A DNA stretch of 64,000 nt from Syncephalis fuscata S228 (GCA_025786725.1 JAHLTZ010000022.1:372001-436000); one strand, 5' to 3'; counted from the first letter of the stretch, positions 39,291 through 53,450 are shown. Program-made: numbers and translations. The notes: generated by a model not told the origin, from the sequence alone.

Positions 39291-41294
39291 ATGACGTTCA
39301 GCTATAACGATTCGAACAACTCTAGCCTTTTGGCTCCTCGACCTCATGATACAAATGCACATCAGCAGCGTCAATCGCGACGTATTAGTCGGAATCGTGA
39401 ATCTTATGGCTCTATAGAGCCTTCCAGAAGAATTAGCACAGCAACACATTCCAGTCTAGCTACGGAGACGAGTACACAGAACTGGTATGAGCGTACACGA
39501 CGGTCACGACCAGCACTGATGTTCCTTGTATCACTTGTATTATTCAAGTAAGTTAATAAAAATAGTAATATGAATAATGACAATATTTATTAATCGTCCA
39601 ACGTTTAGCGATATGCTTATTTATGGCGTAGTGGTACGTGTATAATTAGTCAGTAGCTAATGTCAAAAAGATTAATTGAAATTAACAGGTGCCAGTATTG
39701 CCATTAATTGTCCGAGAACGGCTGGGCGGCGATGCTAAAAGTGTTGGATTTCTTTTTGGCAGTGTTGGTAAGTATTTAATTTAATATTGGTTATGTAATG
39801 CGCTTACATTAATGAATAAATTATGGTGTACATATAGCTATCGGTATTCTTATTGCCACACCAGTCTTTGGTATTCTTAGTGATAAATACAATACACGGC
39901 GACGGCCTATGATGGTGGCATTGCTGTGCTGTGCTGTAGCCACATTTAGTTTTGCATTTGCCACTACTTTCTGGCAACTATTAGTGGCGCGTATTATGCA
40001 AGGTGTAGCCGGTGGTGCTTCATGGACCATTAGTTTAAGTATGATTGCCGATGCATTCCCCCCTAATAAATTAGGCGTAGCTATGGGCTCAGTCTTGGTG
40101 TGGAATAGTTTTGGCTTTTTGGCTGGGCCAGCTATTGGCGGATTTCTATTTGAATATGGCGGCTACAAAATGCCGTTTATCTTTTGTGCGGTCGGTGCAC
40201 TTATTACGTTATTGGTGCATCTGTTGTTATCCCTCCAGTATTGGCCAATGAAGTCACGCTACTTGAACATGATGAAGGATTTACTCCGTCGGCGGGGTCG
40301 GTCTTTTACGAATCGGAGAATCCACGACCTCTTTCACGCACATCTGATACGTATGTGACGCCGCTAACCGATCCTGAAGATGATGATGGATTGGCGCGCG
40401 GCTACTGGGAAGCCGAGTCGGAGTTTGCTCTCTCGCGTATATCGCTTAATTCGCATGGTCATTCCCCGCTTACCTTTTTTACTCTAATTTGCGACAAGCC
40501 TATTATTGTCAATTGTATTACTATTATGGTGGCATCCAGTGTATTTTCAGGTAAGCAATAACAAAAGTTATCATATTAAGCAATTAACCAATTAAATGTT
40601 TAATAAATAGGCATTGAGCCCACACTGCCACTTCACCTTATTGATCGGTTCGAGTTGGATCCATCATTAATCGGCCTCTCATTTATGGCTATTGTTCTAC
40701 CACATATGATTGCCACACCGATGATCGGCTGGCTTTGTGACCGAGTCAGCTGCAAATCAGTGGCTGCCATTGGTCTGCTGCTCTTTGCTCTTGCCACACC
40801 ACCTATTGCACTGCCTAGTCAGTTGGATACAGAAATATTATGTTTAGCAGCATTTGGATTCACGGCAGCTATTGTAAGTAATCTAGCAATTAATTAATTA
40901 ATTAATTAATCAGTAATGTAACTAATGAATAATTCTATAGGCTATGACGCCTGTTTTGCCTGACATGGCAAATCATGTTACAGTACGTGGTGGTGGTGCC
41001 TATGCTCAAGTATTTGCTCTTTGGAATATGGCTTATAGTCTAGGTAATTTATTATAAATTGTGCCAATCATTAATGACTTATATAAGTATAAATACATAT
41101 GGTAAATAGGCATGTTAGTGGGACCTGTAATTTCCGGCTTAGTGATGGAGCAATATGGCTTTTTGTACAATATGGTTATTTTCGCTGTAATGCTTTTATC
41201 TACTGCCCCCTTAATTGCCCAAACTGAGGCAAAGACACGCCAACGCATTGAAGATGAGAGAAGAATGAGCTATGGCGAGATTGTTGATGTATGA
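39291..41294 (+). CDS. MFS transporter (SLC18/DHA1-like); multi-exon
   Basis: DMLIYGVVVPVLP, motif A GILSDKYNTRR, LLVARIMQG, GPAIGGFLFEYGG and GWLCDR; about 12 hydrophobic segments. Confidence 0.88.
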
Positions 41295-41574
41295 CATGTA
41301 GCCAATAACACAAACAAATTATATATATCTCTCTTAGCGTTGTACTGTTTATCATGACAACAATAAATTTACTTAGCAATTGACTGTGCACACGTGATTT
41401 GTCACTTGAAATCTAATGCGCATGACCGCAGTCCACACTCCTGAACTTCGTAAGCGCATGTTCATTTCTATATTATTCGTTCAAACTATTATTCAGCCGT
41501 CCAGTATTCGTATTTCTGACCTATATTTGTGAAAACTAAGGCTGTATCTTTATACTGTACTATTCTTTTAAGCA

Positions 41575-43576
41575 ATGGCCGACAAAGAAGAGCAATTGCA
41601 GCCAAGTGAGACATCACCAATACTGAATACACCACCACCACCAACGGATCCTGGCGCAATTGAACCAGAAGAAGAGGCGGCCTTTAATATACAAGGCGGT
41701 CGTCATCACGACCGTAGACCACATTCAAGAGCAACTTCACCTCGAGGCAATCAACGTAGTTCAACTCATCATGGCGGTCGCGGCAATCGAAATAGCCGTC
41801 ACTCGTCTCACGTAAAGACAGAGCAAGACCCGTTGCTTAATCACGATAACAACAGCGACATAAATGATATAGATGATATACAAGCAGCCGTAGTAAGTAT
41901 ATTTACTATATATATACAATCTCAATTGACTAATAGGCTGTAGTTGAGAAGACAGAGACGCCAGCGTGTTTATCATATATCAACGATAGCTTTTATCGCA
42001 ATATTGATTATTGGCACTTCAATATTTGCCTTGGTAGTTGGTCCTATCTACTGGGGCCCTATACCTCTATACTCTAACGGTACTGACTGGTTTGCTAAAA
42101 CAGTTGTTATGATATCGGTCGATGGAATGCGTGCCGACTATCTTGATCATGGACAAACCTCAATATTGACACGAATGGCTCGTGAAGGTGTAAGGGCCGA
42201 GTACATGCAGCCATCTTTTCCAGTAAGTAAATAAACAAAATAATATATCAATAAGCTAACAATGCAATATTACTCTAATGCATCAGTCGACTACATTTGC
42301 CAATCATTATACGCTTGTAACTGGACTGTATCCAGAATCACATGGCATTATCAGTAATACCTTTTACGACCCAGAAACTAATGATACATTTTGGTACACG
42401 GATCCAGCACGTAGCCATGATAGTAAATGGTGGGGCGGTGAGCCGGTAAGCGGACACAGAAGCATTGTCAAAACCGCCCTTAACTTATCAGTTTCAATGT
42501 CATTCATAGATTTGGGTGACAGCTGTGAAACAAAAACAACGATCGGCCATACACATGTGGCCAGGAAGCTCGTCGGAAATAGCTGGCCATCGCCCAACCT
42601 ACTGGGATCCGTTCAACAAGGATACAACACCGGCCCAAAAGGCCAATCGGATACTAGACTGGCTTGATATGCCTATGGGCGACAGGCCACAGCTTATCGG
42701 TGCCTATATTCCAGCAGTGGATACGGCCGGCCATGACTTTGGCCCTGATTCATCAGAGGTAAACAATTAAAGCGATAAATAGCGTAGTATAGGCCGACTT
42801 ATTTATTGATTTATTTCATTCATTTGTTTAATGCGTTAGGTCGATTTTGCACTACGACAAGTCGATGATATGATGTCGCGTCTATTCAATGGATTAGAAC
42901 AAAGAAATTTGACAGACATTGTTAATGTGATCGTAGTAAGCGATCATGGTATGACTCGTGTGAATGAACACCAAGTAATTCATCTTGACAATATTATTGA
43001 TATGACAAAGGTGGCATCTAATCACGGCTTTCCATTGGCACTTTTAACGCCTCATTCGGATAAAGGTAAGCGTGTAACGATCAGTAAGTAGCTATTATTG
43101 ATTGTAGTACTTGTCTATGACAGATATACATTCACTATATCAAGCATTGTCTAAGGCTAGTCAAACGTCAAAATTCCAAGTTTACCTTAAAGAATCCGTG
43201 CCAAAACACTATCACTTTTCGGCTAATGAGCGTATTCCACCGATTGTCTGCATTCCTGACTTGGTAAGGCTAAAAGATCGATGTAAATATGTATTTATGA
43301 CTAATAATTTAAATAATAAATTAGGGATGGAATTTTGTGACGGGCAATGAAACAATAAGAAGTAAGGGAATGCACGGGTACGATAATCGGTCTAGAGATA
43401 TGCGAGCATCATTTCTGGCTCGTGGACCAGCTATAAAGACAAGTAATAACGTTCACGCATCAGGATTCCCCAACGTAAATGTCTATAATCTAGTAGCACG
43501 TATTCTTGATCTATCGCCATCAATTAATAACGGCTCTGACTTTTGGGTAGGATCCAGCGGCATCCTACGGGATTGA
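41575..43576 (+). CDS. NPP1: Type II membrane ectonucleotide pyrophosphatase/phosphodiesterase (NPP1-like); multi-exon
   Basis: TM helix, then ISVDGMRADYL, PSFP/STTFANHYTLVTGLYPESHGII, WWGGEP, VDTAGHDFGP, IVVSDHGM and GMHGYDN. Confidence 0.92.
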
Positions 43577-44560
43577 TCAATTGAATAAGTCATATTACTA
43601 TTACTATTAAGCTATTATTAAATAAACTGCAATTTATTTATTTGTTATTTCTATTATTATAATATTTATTGATTTGATTAATGTTATTTTAATATAAATT
43701 AATGTTTGATTAGTGTATTTTAATTAATAAATGTATAATATCTGATGTTTAAAATATTGACTTGTTGCAGGATCAATAAACAAAGGCATATCAGCTTATT
43801 AAAATCAAAAATAATAATAGATGCATCATCATAAATCGAATAAAGCACAGAAATAGCTGGTTTGTATTACTAAATGTTACAGAAAGCATAGGTGTTTTGT
43901 GTAGCACAGAACTAGTTGAGCGACGATTCCAATGACTTGGATGTATACATTATATAAAACAAACTGTACCCTCATTAACGCATGGAATTACGCCTTATCT
44001 TCATATTTTCTCCGCTTATTTGTTATAGCAACACAATTCGGTTAAATACTACCTGATTACCACCAATCAATCGCTGATATTGATAGTAAAATATTGAATA
44101 GTTGGTTAGTTATGCTGTTAAGAGCATTGAAAAATAAAAATGAATGGACACAAATAGTTCTTTTCGATGTTTCAAATTGATAAGTGCCTAGTGATTTGCA
44201 TAAAACGTAGTTTGCAGTATTTATTAAATAAATAGTAATGGATGAAACAGTTTGTAAGTATGCGCTTTAGTATTAATTGTTTATACATTTATTGGCTAAC
44301 GATGACCATAACATATGTATAGTCATTTGACTTTTATGGTATACAGCTGCTAAATAAATGTACTTTAGCCGGTCGTCCAGGCTGATAAACAATACAACCC
44401 ACCCAAACAAAGTGGAACTGGTTAATTCTAATCAAAACAGGTTTACAAGGCCAGTCAATCGGCATATGGAAGAGCATTTGGCCTTTGACATACTGCTTTA
44501 CATGTGACCTCCTCATGGCTGTCAGGCTTCTGCATCGCAAACTATTCGTGAATAGTTCAC

Positions 44561-44568
44561 TATAAAAG
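44561..44568 (+). promoter_or_regulatory. Putative TATA box of apyrase copy 3
   Basis: TATAAAAG about 110 bp upstream of ATG 44675. Confidence 0.45.
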
Positions 44569-44674
44569 CTCCCGTAATGTTCGACTGTTTTATCGCGCGT
44601 ATAATCTTGCTTAATTTCTTTATTTAATTAAATATTTCTCCATATTATTGTCATTTATCTATAGCTAGTCTACC

Positions 44675-46020
44675 ATGATTCCATTGACTGGTATCATTAA
44701 AGCTGTAGCGATTGCTACTCTCTTTTTCTCAACTAGCGATTTAATTAGCGTAGTATCAGCTACCCCTTTGGATAATAATGGTAATAATGGTACACCACAA
44801 ACTACTGAACCAATTTCCTACGGCCTTATGATTGATGCAGGCAGCAGTGGAAGTAGAATTTTGCCGTTCTATTGGAGAACGGTCCAGCCAGGCGAGCTGA
44901 ATGTTGCTGTTAATCCTTTGTTGAAAAATAATAAAGATAAACAGCTAAAGGCGAAGATAAAGCCTGGGTTGTCGCTACAAACACCAGAAGGTGTGGCTGA
45001 ATATTTTCGGCCGCTTATAGAAGAGGGCAAGAAATTTATTCCTGCAGAGAAGCACGGTGACACAATAATCTTTCTAAAGGCTACTGCAGGAATGCGGTTG
45101 GTGCCATTAGCGCAAAGACAGAAGATTATTGAAGCAGTTATAGCCTATTTCAATGACAAGAACAGGTACCATTCAAGTTTGATCCCGCGGTAAACGTTCA
45201 AGTTATTTCGGGAGAGGATGAAGGCGTATTTGGATGGCTTACCATCAACTCCCTGTTAAATAGATTGAGCAGCGCAACAACTCCTGGAACAGTGGCAATT
45301 TTAGATCTTGGTGGTGCATCTACTGAAATCACTTTTAAGCCAAATTTAGTTCCGCTGGAAGGCACCTATAGAACACGAATCAATGGTACCAATTACAATT
45401 TATACACACATTCCTATTTACGTCTTGGCGTAAATGAGGCTCGCGATCGAGTTATTGCTGCGCTTGCTGCTAATAGCAAGGATAATACCGTACACGACCC
45501 ATGCATGCTTAAAGGGCAAACCCAGGCCTATAAGCTGGGTAGTGTTGTTGTTAATTTGGTTGGCCAGGGTCAATTTGAAGAATGCCATAGACTAACAAAA
45601 AGCGTACTGCTTGGGCGTAAAACATTCTGCGCCACCGAACCATGCGCAATTAATGGTGTTCATCAGCCAGACATCCCGGATAATATGCCTATCTATGCCA
45701 TAAGCAACTTTAACGATGTTGCAGATGTATTTGGCTGCCATGGCAAATCAACTCCCGGCTGTATTTATACCTCAGCGCAAGACAAATGCAATCGGCTTAC
45801 TGCAGAAGAATTTAAAGCTCCATTTTCGGACAATGTTTCAGTTGAATCGGCATGTTTTGCTGCGTCACTTTCTTTGGCATTAACTTTTGATAGCTACCGA
45901 ATTCCTAATAACCGTGAGGTTTATTATGTCGACAGGCTACCTATTGGCCAACTAGGCTGGGCACTGGGCGCCATGATTGATGCAGTCAATAACATAAAAC
46001 TTGACATTCAAGATAAATAA
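44675..46020 (+). CDS. Secreted GDA1/CD39 apyrase (NTPDase), copy 3; intronless, one frameshift near 45165
   Basis: Signal peptide; IDAGSSGSR, KATAGMRL, GEDEGVFGW, LDLGGASTE, HSYLRLG and GWALGAM. Confidence 0.9.
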
Positions 46021-47558
46021 TAAAAACAATTTAATGTTACTAATAAATCTTTTATTTAGCCTAATTAATATGGAATAACAATATATAATATTTGGCTAGA
46101 ATTTTTTGGCGTGTCTAGCGTAGTGTCTGTACATTGTGTTGTATAAAAATATCAGTTTAATGCATCAAACTTGCTGTTGCATTAGTGTTGTACACTAGCT
46201 GGTATGTATTTAAGTATTGAGAATTCAATTGATGAAAGTAATGGCAAAGGTATTGTTATTGCTAACTAAATTGCATAATTCAACAAAGTTCAGTTTAAGC
46301 TTTATTCTACTATAATTAAGGTTTTCCCATCAGGGTTCATTGCATTTACGCGCCATTTAATTGCCGACAGTATTATAAATACTTAACACTGTCGGCCAAA
46401 CATGGAATAAATAGCTTTTCCTACTTTCAATTATTTTTTAGCATATTTTCAGATTTATACAGTGGAGATTTTTGTATAAAGTACTGAATAAATCTATTTA
46501 TTGGTAATAAAGGTCATTAAGATACTAAATTTATAGTCTTTGTTAATCTAAGTAGCTAATATCTTAGTAAGCCACCTTTATTCCTTCTACTCTATTTGGT
46601 TGCTTAGCAAACCTTGCAATATCATATAGTTGGTTTTTTAACAACATTATTATAGCTTTTATAAATCCAACACTATTTACACTATATAATTGAATCGTGT
46701 AACAAAAATACAGATTAATATGTACATTTCTACTGCATACATACTGTTTATTAAAATAGTCGTGCTATCTGTCTAAATGTCGAACTGATTAAAGCAAAGA
46801 ACTAAGCTGCATATTAGTATGTCCTTGATATATTGGTGTATACGTGCTTTAAGCTATCATACGAATATGTTTTATTGTTCTATATTGCACATCAATGCTA
46901 CAGCTCATACAGTAGATACTTCAGACATCTCAGTATAACCATAAACGTAAATAGCTCACAAAATACATACAGCTAATTGTGATGTCATTATCACACTCAC
47001 TTTCCGCTAAATACTCACTACTATTTGTTTATATTAACACAGTTTATTGTCTACTTTGGTTGGCTTAACAAATCAATATCGTCACAAGGCCTCCTATTGC
47101 CGTCGTCTGCGCCATCATATTGCTAGCAAATCTGCATCTAACTGTTTCTACTCAGCTGTGTAAAGTTACAGCAATAAACGTATGGTTTCATTTTAACTAA
47201 ATTTTATTAATTTATTATACTTATTTTTATATAATCTGCATTTAACAATTAACAAACAAAAATGAGCGAGTAAAAATACTAATATTAAATTTATACGGAT
47301 ATGCTATATTAGCTACAAATACGAATTAGCGTAATTATAACAAGATTATTATTTGAATAACAATTTAATACATAAACACTGTAGCATTACACGTCAGTAA
47401 TGCAATTAAATAAATTTATTTGCAAGTACACCATCACTCTCGTTGTAGTTGTTTTATTCAATAAAGCTTAGTGTATCATTATCAGCAAACATTAGATACT
47501 AGTTATGCATGTTTAAACAAAAACATTTCAATAAAAGACAAATTATTTGCATTACAAA

Positions 47559-49657
47559 TTATAGCTCTAGTGTCTCAACAGTAGGACAATAATCAACAGC
47601 CAGCCGCGAAAGACTATAGTTATTAAGTAAAATAATATCATCGCCAACAAGCATCATATTGTTATTGACGCTGCAAGGCACTTGAAAGAGAATCTCGTTA
47701 TTTTCCAAATCCAATCCAAACATGTGCCCTTGTCGAGTTTCACCAAACATTAACGATCCTAGTGGCTGTATTTGTGACGCTCCATCGATAAGACTTTTAA
47801 ATTTCTCAATCAGTGTACCTTGAACTCGACATTGTGCTTGATCAGCTTTGGTTTTGTCGAATGTTTCCCGTAACTCTGTTGCATAACTATGATGGGCGTG
47901 ATGGGGTGGGATATTTAGCATACCATCTAACGGGTACGCTTGAAGGCCACGTGTATTTACTATTAGAGTTGGGCTGTTCTCGTTATTGTCGTCTGTATTA
48001 TCCGTTGAGTCAGAGTCTTCCAAAGGTGGCACCTTTGTGGTAAAACCATGTTGTGATGAGTTACAAGATAGACTATAGATGAAAATACCGTTACTTAGGC
48101 TATCTTCATGAACAATCGGTACAGTAGTAACAATTAGTCGCGATAAAATCCCACTATACGTAGCATCGTACAATGTACCGGTTAATCGGACTATATCAGC
48201 ACCATTACCAGGTGGTAAACTAATACGCGCTATGGGTGTTCCATCTTGCGCTGACCATATACAAAAGATACCGTTTACATGTGTAGTTACTACGTAGTTG
48301 GGATAGCGTGGATCAAAGTGAATGTAATAGGTGATTTCGTTGCTCAACATTATAATCTTTAGTCGATTATCGGCCGGTTTTTGGTAATTGTAATAGAATA
48401 TAAAGGGCCGAAATAGCTGATTACCCGCTTCAATACCGACTATGACTACTTGGAGGGAATCTTGCCATCGAATAGGCATAGCACCTTGAGTGCGCTCGAG
48501 TGATGTCGGTAAGGCACAAACCACCCAGGCGGAGAATCGAAAACCAGGCATTTCAAAAGTATCGATTTGATGCATTGATGTTCCAGTAAGCCCATAGATA
48601 CAAATCTTTGTCCATCTGTCGCTTTCAATTTCATCCTCTTTAACGGCCGTTACTAAAATGCGTGCTGTCCAGCTTAATTCCAACAGCTCTTCGCGTGAAT
48701 TAGACACCAATGTTTGATTAAAAGGAATTCGAGCGGCCATTTGCCAACTTGGAAACGACCATACTAAAACCTCATAATTTGTCGCTGACGAAGTATAACC
48801 GCCACATGCTACAATGCCACTTTTTTCAGTTTCATAATCAAATACAAGAAAATCAGTCAATCTTGGCTGAAATTCGATACTATCTGATGGTAAATCCCGA
48901 ATATAACAAAGATACTGACGAATCGGATCTTGCTGTGGGTCATTAAACTCCAATGAGCATTGTATATCTGATTCCGAGTCTGTGTCATCTATATCGTCTT
49001 CCACTTCCATATCCTCCATGCTAAATGGTTCATCCTGAGCACCAATAGTATCTGAAATCACCTCTGGTTCAGTGAGTATAGCTATTGCCGCTTCATCTGC
49101 ACCCGCGTTGGGTACTAATGCTTCAGTGATGACTGGATTTTGTTGAATACGGGCTGCTAAAATCCTATTTAATCGATCTTTCCTAGCCTTACGGTACACT
49201 TCTAGCTGTGTATTGATGCGTCGACCAAATTCTTTCCACCGGCCACGTGTTGTCAGTTCTTGTCGTAGCTGATCTCGCCAGGAAAACTTTGGTAGCGCAC
49301 CATACCATAAACCATTACTCCAACGTGAAAAACGATTTTGATATGCATGGAACCATAGTTTCTGTTCAGCGCATATTCTAATATTTATGTTGTCAGCTCT
49401 GTGCCATTGGTGTGCCAGCAATGTATGTCTGTATTCAGCTTACCGATGAAACCGTTGGCAAGTACGGTCGAGTGCTAGTAACGTACTGGCATCTGGCTAG
49501 CAAATCGAAACACGCGCAATAGCACCTCATCTGGTGCTTTATGGTAAAAGAAGCGAGAATGCCCGTGGAAGTTAATTCCGATACTACTGTATTTACAGAA
49601 GATATCGATGTCATCATTGCTGGTATTAAAAAAAGGTATGTATATAATTACGCACAT
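47559..49657 (-). CDS. F-box protein with probable C-terminal beta-propeller-like region; start uncertain
   Basis: APDEVLLRVFRF...LDRTCQRFHR / ICAEQKLW across an intron (~49380-49443) forms an F-box-like motif, followed by a long ORF with beta-strand-like periodicity. Confidence 0.6.
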
Positions 49658-49911
49658 ATCAATCTATGACTCGTCATTGAATAGAACACAGTCACGTGAT
49701 GTGAATTAAACAATTGTACCGTGCTGTATTGGCGCTAAAGCAATTATGTATAACCAATCAATTAGCAATAATTGCTATTAAGCATTGTTATAATTGATAT
49801 AAAACGGTGTTTTTTAAATATGTAATATTAATACAACGGAAATACAATTGTTCGTTAAATTGCATCATAGTTTATTTATTTTATTTACGATATCTTAATA
49901 AATCATTGGCA

Positions 49912-51205
49912 TTACCAATCATTGACCTGACATGCATTAACTGTTTTACTGTGTTTAGCACTGCGTCCACCTTGGTTTAAAGCAAAGTACCAATTATGTT
50001 TAGTGCAAATCAGCTCCTCGCCCATAACCGCTCCCTAACATACAAGATCAGCTATTGTTAATTAAGAACTTATGACTATCTATCTTACCCTAGTAGCCAT
50101 ATCTACACGTTTATGTGGACAGAATCGATCTGCTTCGTATATTTGACCAGAAGAGGTGCAAACACGAATACGCTGTCCATTAATTGCCTTTATTGTTGGA
50201 AATATTGGTTTTGTTGTCTGTACATCATAGCTAACTTGTAGCTCTTTACTATTTCTTTCTTCTTTTTCATTCTCTGAAGAGGAAGATGATGATGACGATG
50301 ATGATGAAGAAGAGGAAGAGGACGAAGAAGATTTATCGGACTTCTTTTTCTCTTTTTCATCTTTTTAGATGCATTATATTCCATTACGATATCGGTTTCA
50401 TTATTTACTTCTTTATCATTGAGTAAATCCATAGCCGATGTTGCTTCTTTAGCAGCTATTGCTTTCATTTGCTTTGATATTAAACTACGTTCTATTACCG
50501 TGATTAATATTTATATTTTTATTATTAATAATTCTACCTTTTTTTATCTTTTTCAATTGCTTCTTAATCTTTTTTGCATACTTTTTCATATTCATCTCAT
50601 TCGATTGCCCTTGATAAATAGCAGCCATGGAACGTACTTTTTCCAAATCTACATCTGGTGTTTTCCCAACATTAATTGCTACTTTAAGTAAATCCTTAAC
50701 AAGTGGCAGTAATGGGATTGCCTTTATACACATAAATGTTAATAAATGTATCAACAATAACAACAGCTTACATTCCAGCCATCCGATGATAGAGTGCGTA
50801 ACTCGCCAATTGTATACAGTCGATTCTGCTCAATAGTTGCAAGATCACTAGATATTTGTTCATTTGTCCAATAGTGTTCTTTGCCAATTTGTTCCAATAG
50901 CGTAGTAACCCGCTAATAAATTAAAACGTTAATTTTGGTTATTAATGTCACAATAATTACTACTGTATAATTTACCATTGTATCGGGCAGTGGCACTACA
51001 TCGTCTAAGGGCCAAGAATAAATAGCTATTATTAGTAATGCAATAATATAGCTTACGTCGCCTCATTACCTGTAATATTGGCCGTGTTCGCCATTGGTGA
51101 TGCCATAAAAGTACTACCGCTCGTATCGCGTACATTAAGGTAGGTATCGAGTAAGGAAGCGGCACTAGCACCACCGCCATAGTATTTCTTTTTATGTTTC
51201 CCCAT
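49912..51205 (-). CDS. Protein with C-terminal Rieske [2Fe-2S] domain; multi-exon
   Basis: The spliced C-terminus YEADRFCPHKRVDMATR/GAVMGEELICTKHNWYFALNQGG contains CxH...CxxH. Probable ATG at 51205 (MGKHKKKYYGGG). Lys- and Ser-rich linker. Confidence 0.75.
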
Positions 51206-51478
51206 AACTATATACTATGGTAAACTATACAGTATGGAACAAGAAAATAAAGTAAGGGAATAAAATGAGAAAATGGGGCAAAATGATGGATATGTTATAT
51301 TCAAATCGCCACTATCTCTTTATAATCCGATATTATTATACAAATCAAATGAACACAACACTCGTTAGTTTTCTTTTCCTTAGGAAGAAAAATGTTAATA
51401 ATAATTATTAGCATTAAAAAGTAAAAGTTATTGATTGTTTAGTTTCTGTGTCTAGTTAAATCCATCTAAATGCAATAG

Positions 51479-52956
51479 TCATGGCATAAATCTGGCCGGA
51501 ATTGCCGCTGGGAAACTGATTATTTTATGGAGTTGCTCCTGAGGCAACACTTGGCTCTTATCGCGTATTTGGTTGCAAAGGTCCAACTTCAACTTCGTTG
51601 GTGTTGCAAGCCTTAACAACTGCAGTACAATATGATAAAATGGAAATTATTGTATTACCGGAAATTGCCATCGTAGATAAATACAGCATTGAACTGAGAG
51701 AAACAATAGAAGTTGCTGCGAGACAGGGTGTAATTATGATTGTTGCAGCAACAACTAATAATTTCATGAATCAGCAATATTTTTCATACCAAGGTCTTTC
51801 TGTATTAAGCGTTGGTGGCGCCAGACAAGATTATCGTCCAATGCATTGGTTTGAAGAAAAACAACCCGACGTCGTATTGAGTTTATGTCTTCATGTTCAG
51901 GCATGAGCTACAACTTTGGTAAGAAATGGACATTATTCCTAGTAGTCATAAAGCACTTTGAATGAACGTTTTAACGGATTTAAAAAAGAAAGCATTGCAC
52001 TTGTTTGGTATGATAGATCAAAAATGCCTGATTTGTTCGAGCGCGCTAAAGCAATAGGAATGACTGCGCTTATCATTGTAAACGATGCTACTAGAATGAG
52101 ACAAAAATGTGATATACCTCTATTCGGTATCAGTGAAAGAGATGCTTTATTTATAATAGAAGGCTACAAGAATAAGCTTAAATACAAGTATATTTTTGCA
52201 GAAAAATATGGCTACATCGAGAATGGCAATGTTACTGTCGATACGGCTGGACCGCAAAACAAACCATTCATACCACCTTTCTATCCTGACATATTGGCAC
52301 CAAGCCATGAAATCTATACAGCTACTATTACGCAAAAACAAAACAAGCCTCATTTCAGCGATATATCTGCCGCTGTTGCCTATGTTGCCGGTGCAGCTGC
52401 ACTGATAGCCGAAGCCAATCAATATAGTTCCATTGATATTGAATATATCAAGACTGCATTGCAAAACAACGCAGTTCCACTCAAAGACACCAGTACAGAT
52501 TATTATGCTTCCGCCTTATATCAAGGTGCCGGCATGCTTAATCTTAACAAACTAATAGACACTGAAGCCATCTACGTTTCTCCATCTTCGATTGATGTGG
52601 GAGTTACACATGCCAGTGTAGTGAATGTCCCAATCCAGATTTCACCTTTATCTGCTACATTGTTATCGTATAAACTTTCACATATTCCAACTGCTGCAGT
52701 TTTAATGTCGAAACCTATTGGTAATATGTTCTCAAGGCCACCTGTAGCTGCAGTTGTTTCTTATCCACAATATATTAATTTACAACCAAATCAGATAGAT
52801 GAGTTCACTATAACAATCAGTATGCCGATGAATATATTAAAGGATGAAATATGGTTATATTCCGGATATATTGTCATCGATCCCAATCCGAGAATTAATG
52901 GATTACCATCGAACCGTGCTGTTTTTGTTCCGTATTATGGAACAGTCTATGGCTAA
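51479..52956 (+). pseudogene. 5'-truncated, degenerate subtilisin (S8) protease with PA insert and Fn3-like C-terminus
   Basis: HGINLAGIAAG...GVAPEATLGSYRVFGC, PDILAP, SDISAAVAYVAGAAAL, QGAGMLN and YSGYIVI...VPY. No room upstream for the signal, prodomain or catalytic Asp exon. Confidence 0.7.
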
Positions 52957-53270
52957 ACAACTTAGATACAGATCATGTTCAATGTTATTTTATTATTCTA
53001 TTGGCAGTATTTTTTATAATAAACTAACTAGCAGATCATATTAAAGTTGTCCATGGTTCTAGTTAGCTAGATTATTTAACATAGTGTATTTTCTGTCTAA
53101 TAGATCCAATTTTAAATCGAAGAATCTTGAACCTCTGTTAGAAGCTAAATAAATGTAACAATCGCATAAAATGTTGTGCTATTTAACATTATTATACATC
53201 TTGTTTTTATTAGCAAATTTATTAACCATTCAATATGATTTGGAAGAAAATAATTACATTCAATAATATC

Positions 53271-53450
53271 CAATCTATTGAACATGATGATGGATAGTGA
53301 ATGACATCAATCATCAAAATACTCATTATCGTAGATTTATTATCCAATATGCATATATTCAGTATACATATATGTCATTTACATAGCCTATTCATACCAT
53401 TATATTTGGATCACATTCTATTTATTACACTATACTTTTATTGCCAATGT
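53271..53450 (+). repeat. Dispersed AT-rich repeat, copy D
   Basis: caatctattgaacatgatgatggatagtgaatgacatcaatcatcaaaatactcattatcgtagatttattatcc matches copies A and B. Confidence 0.75.
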
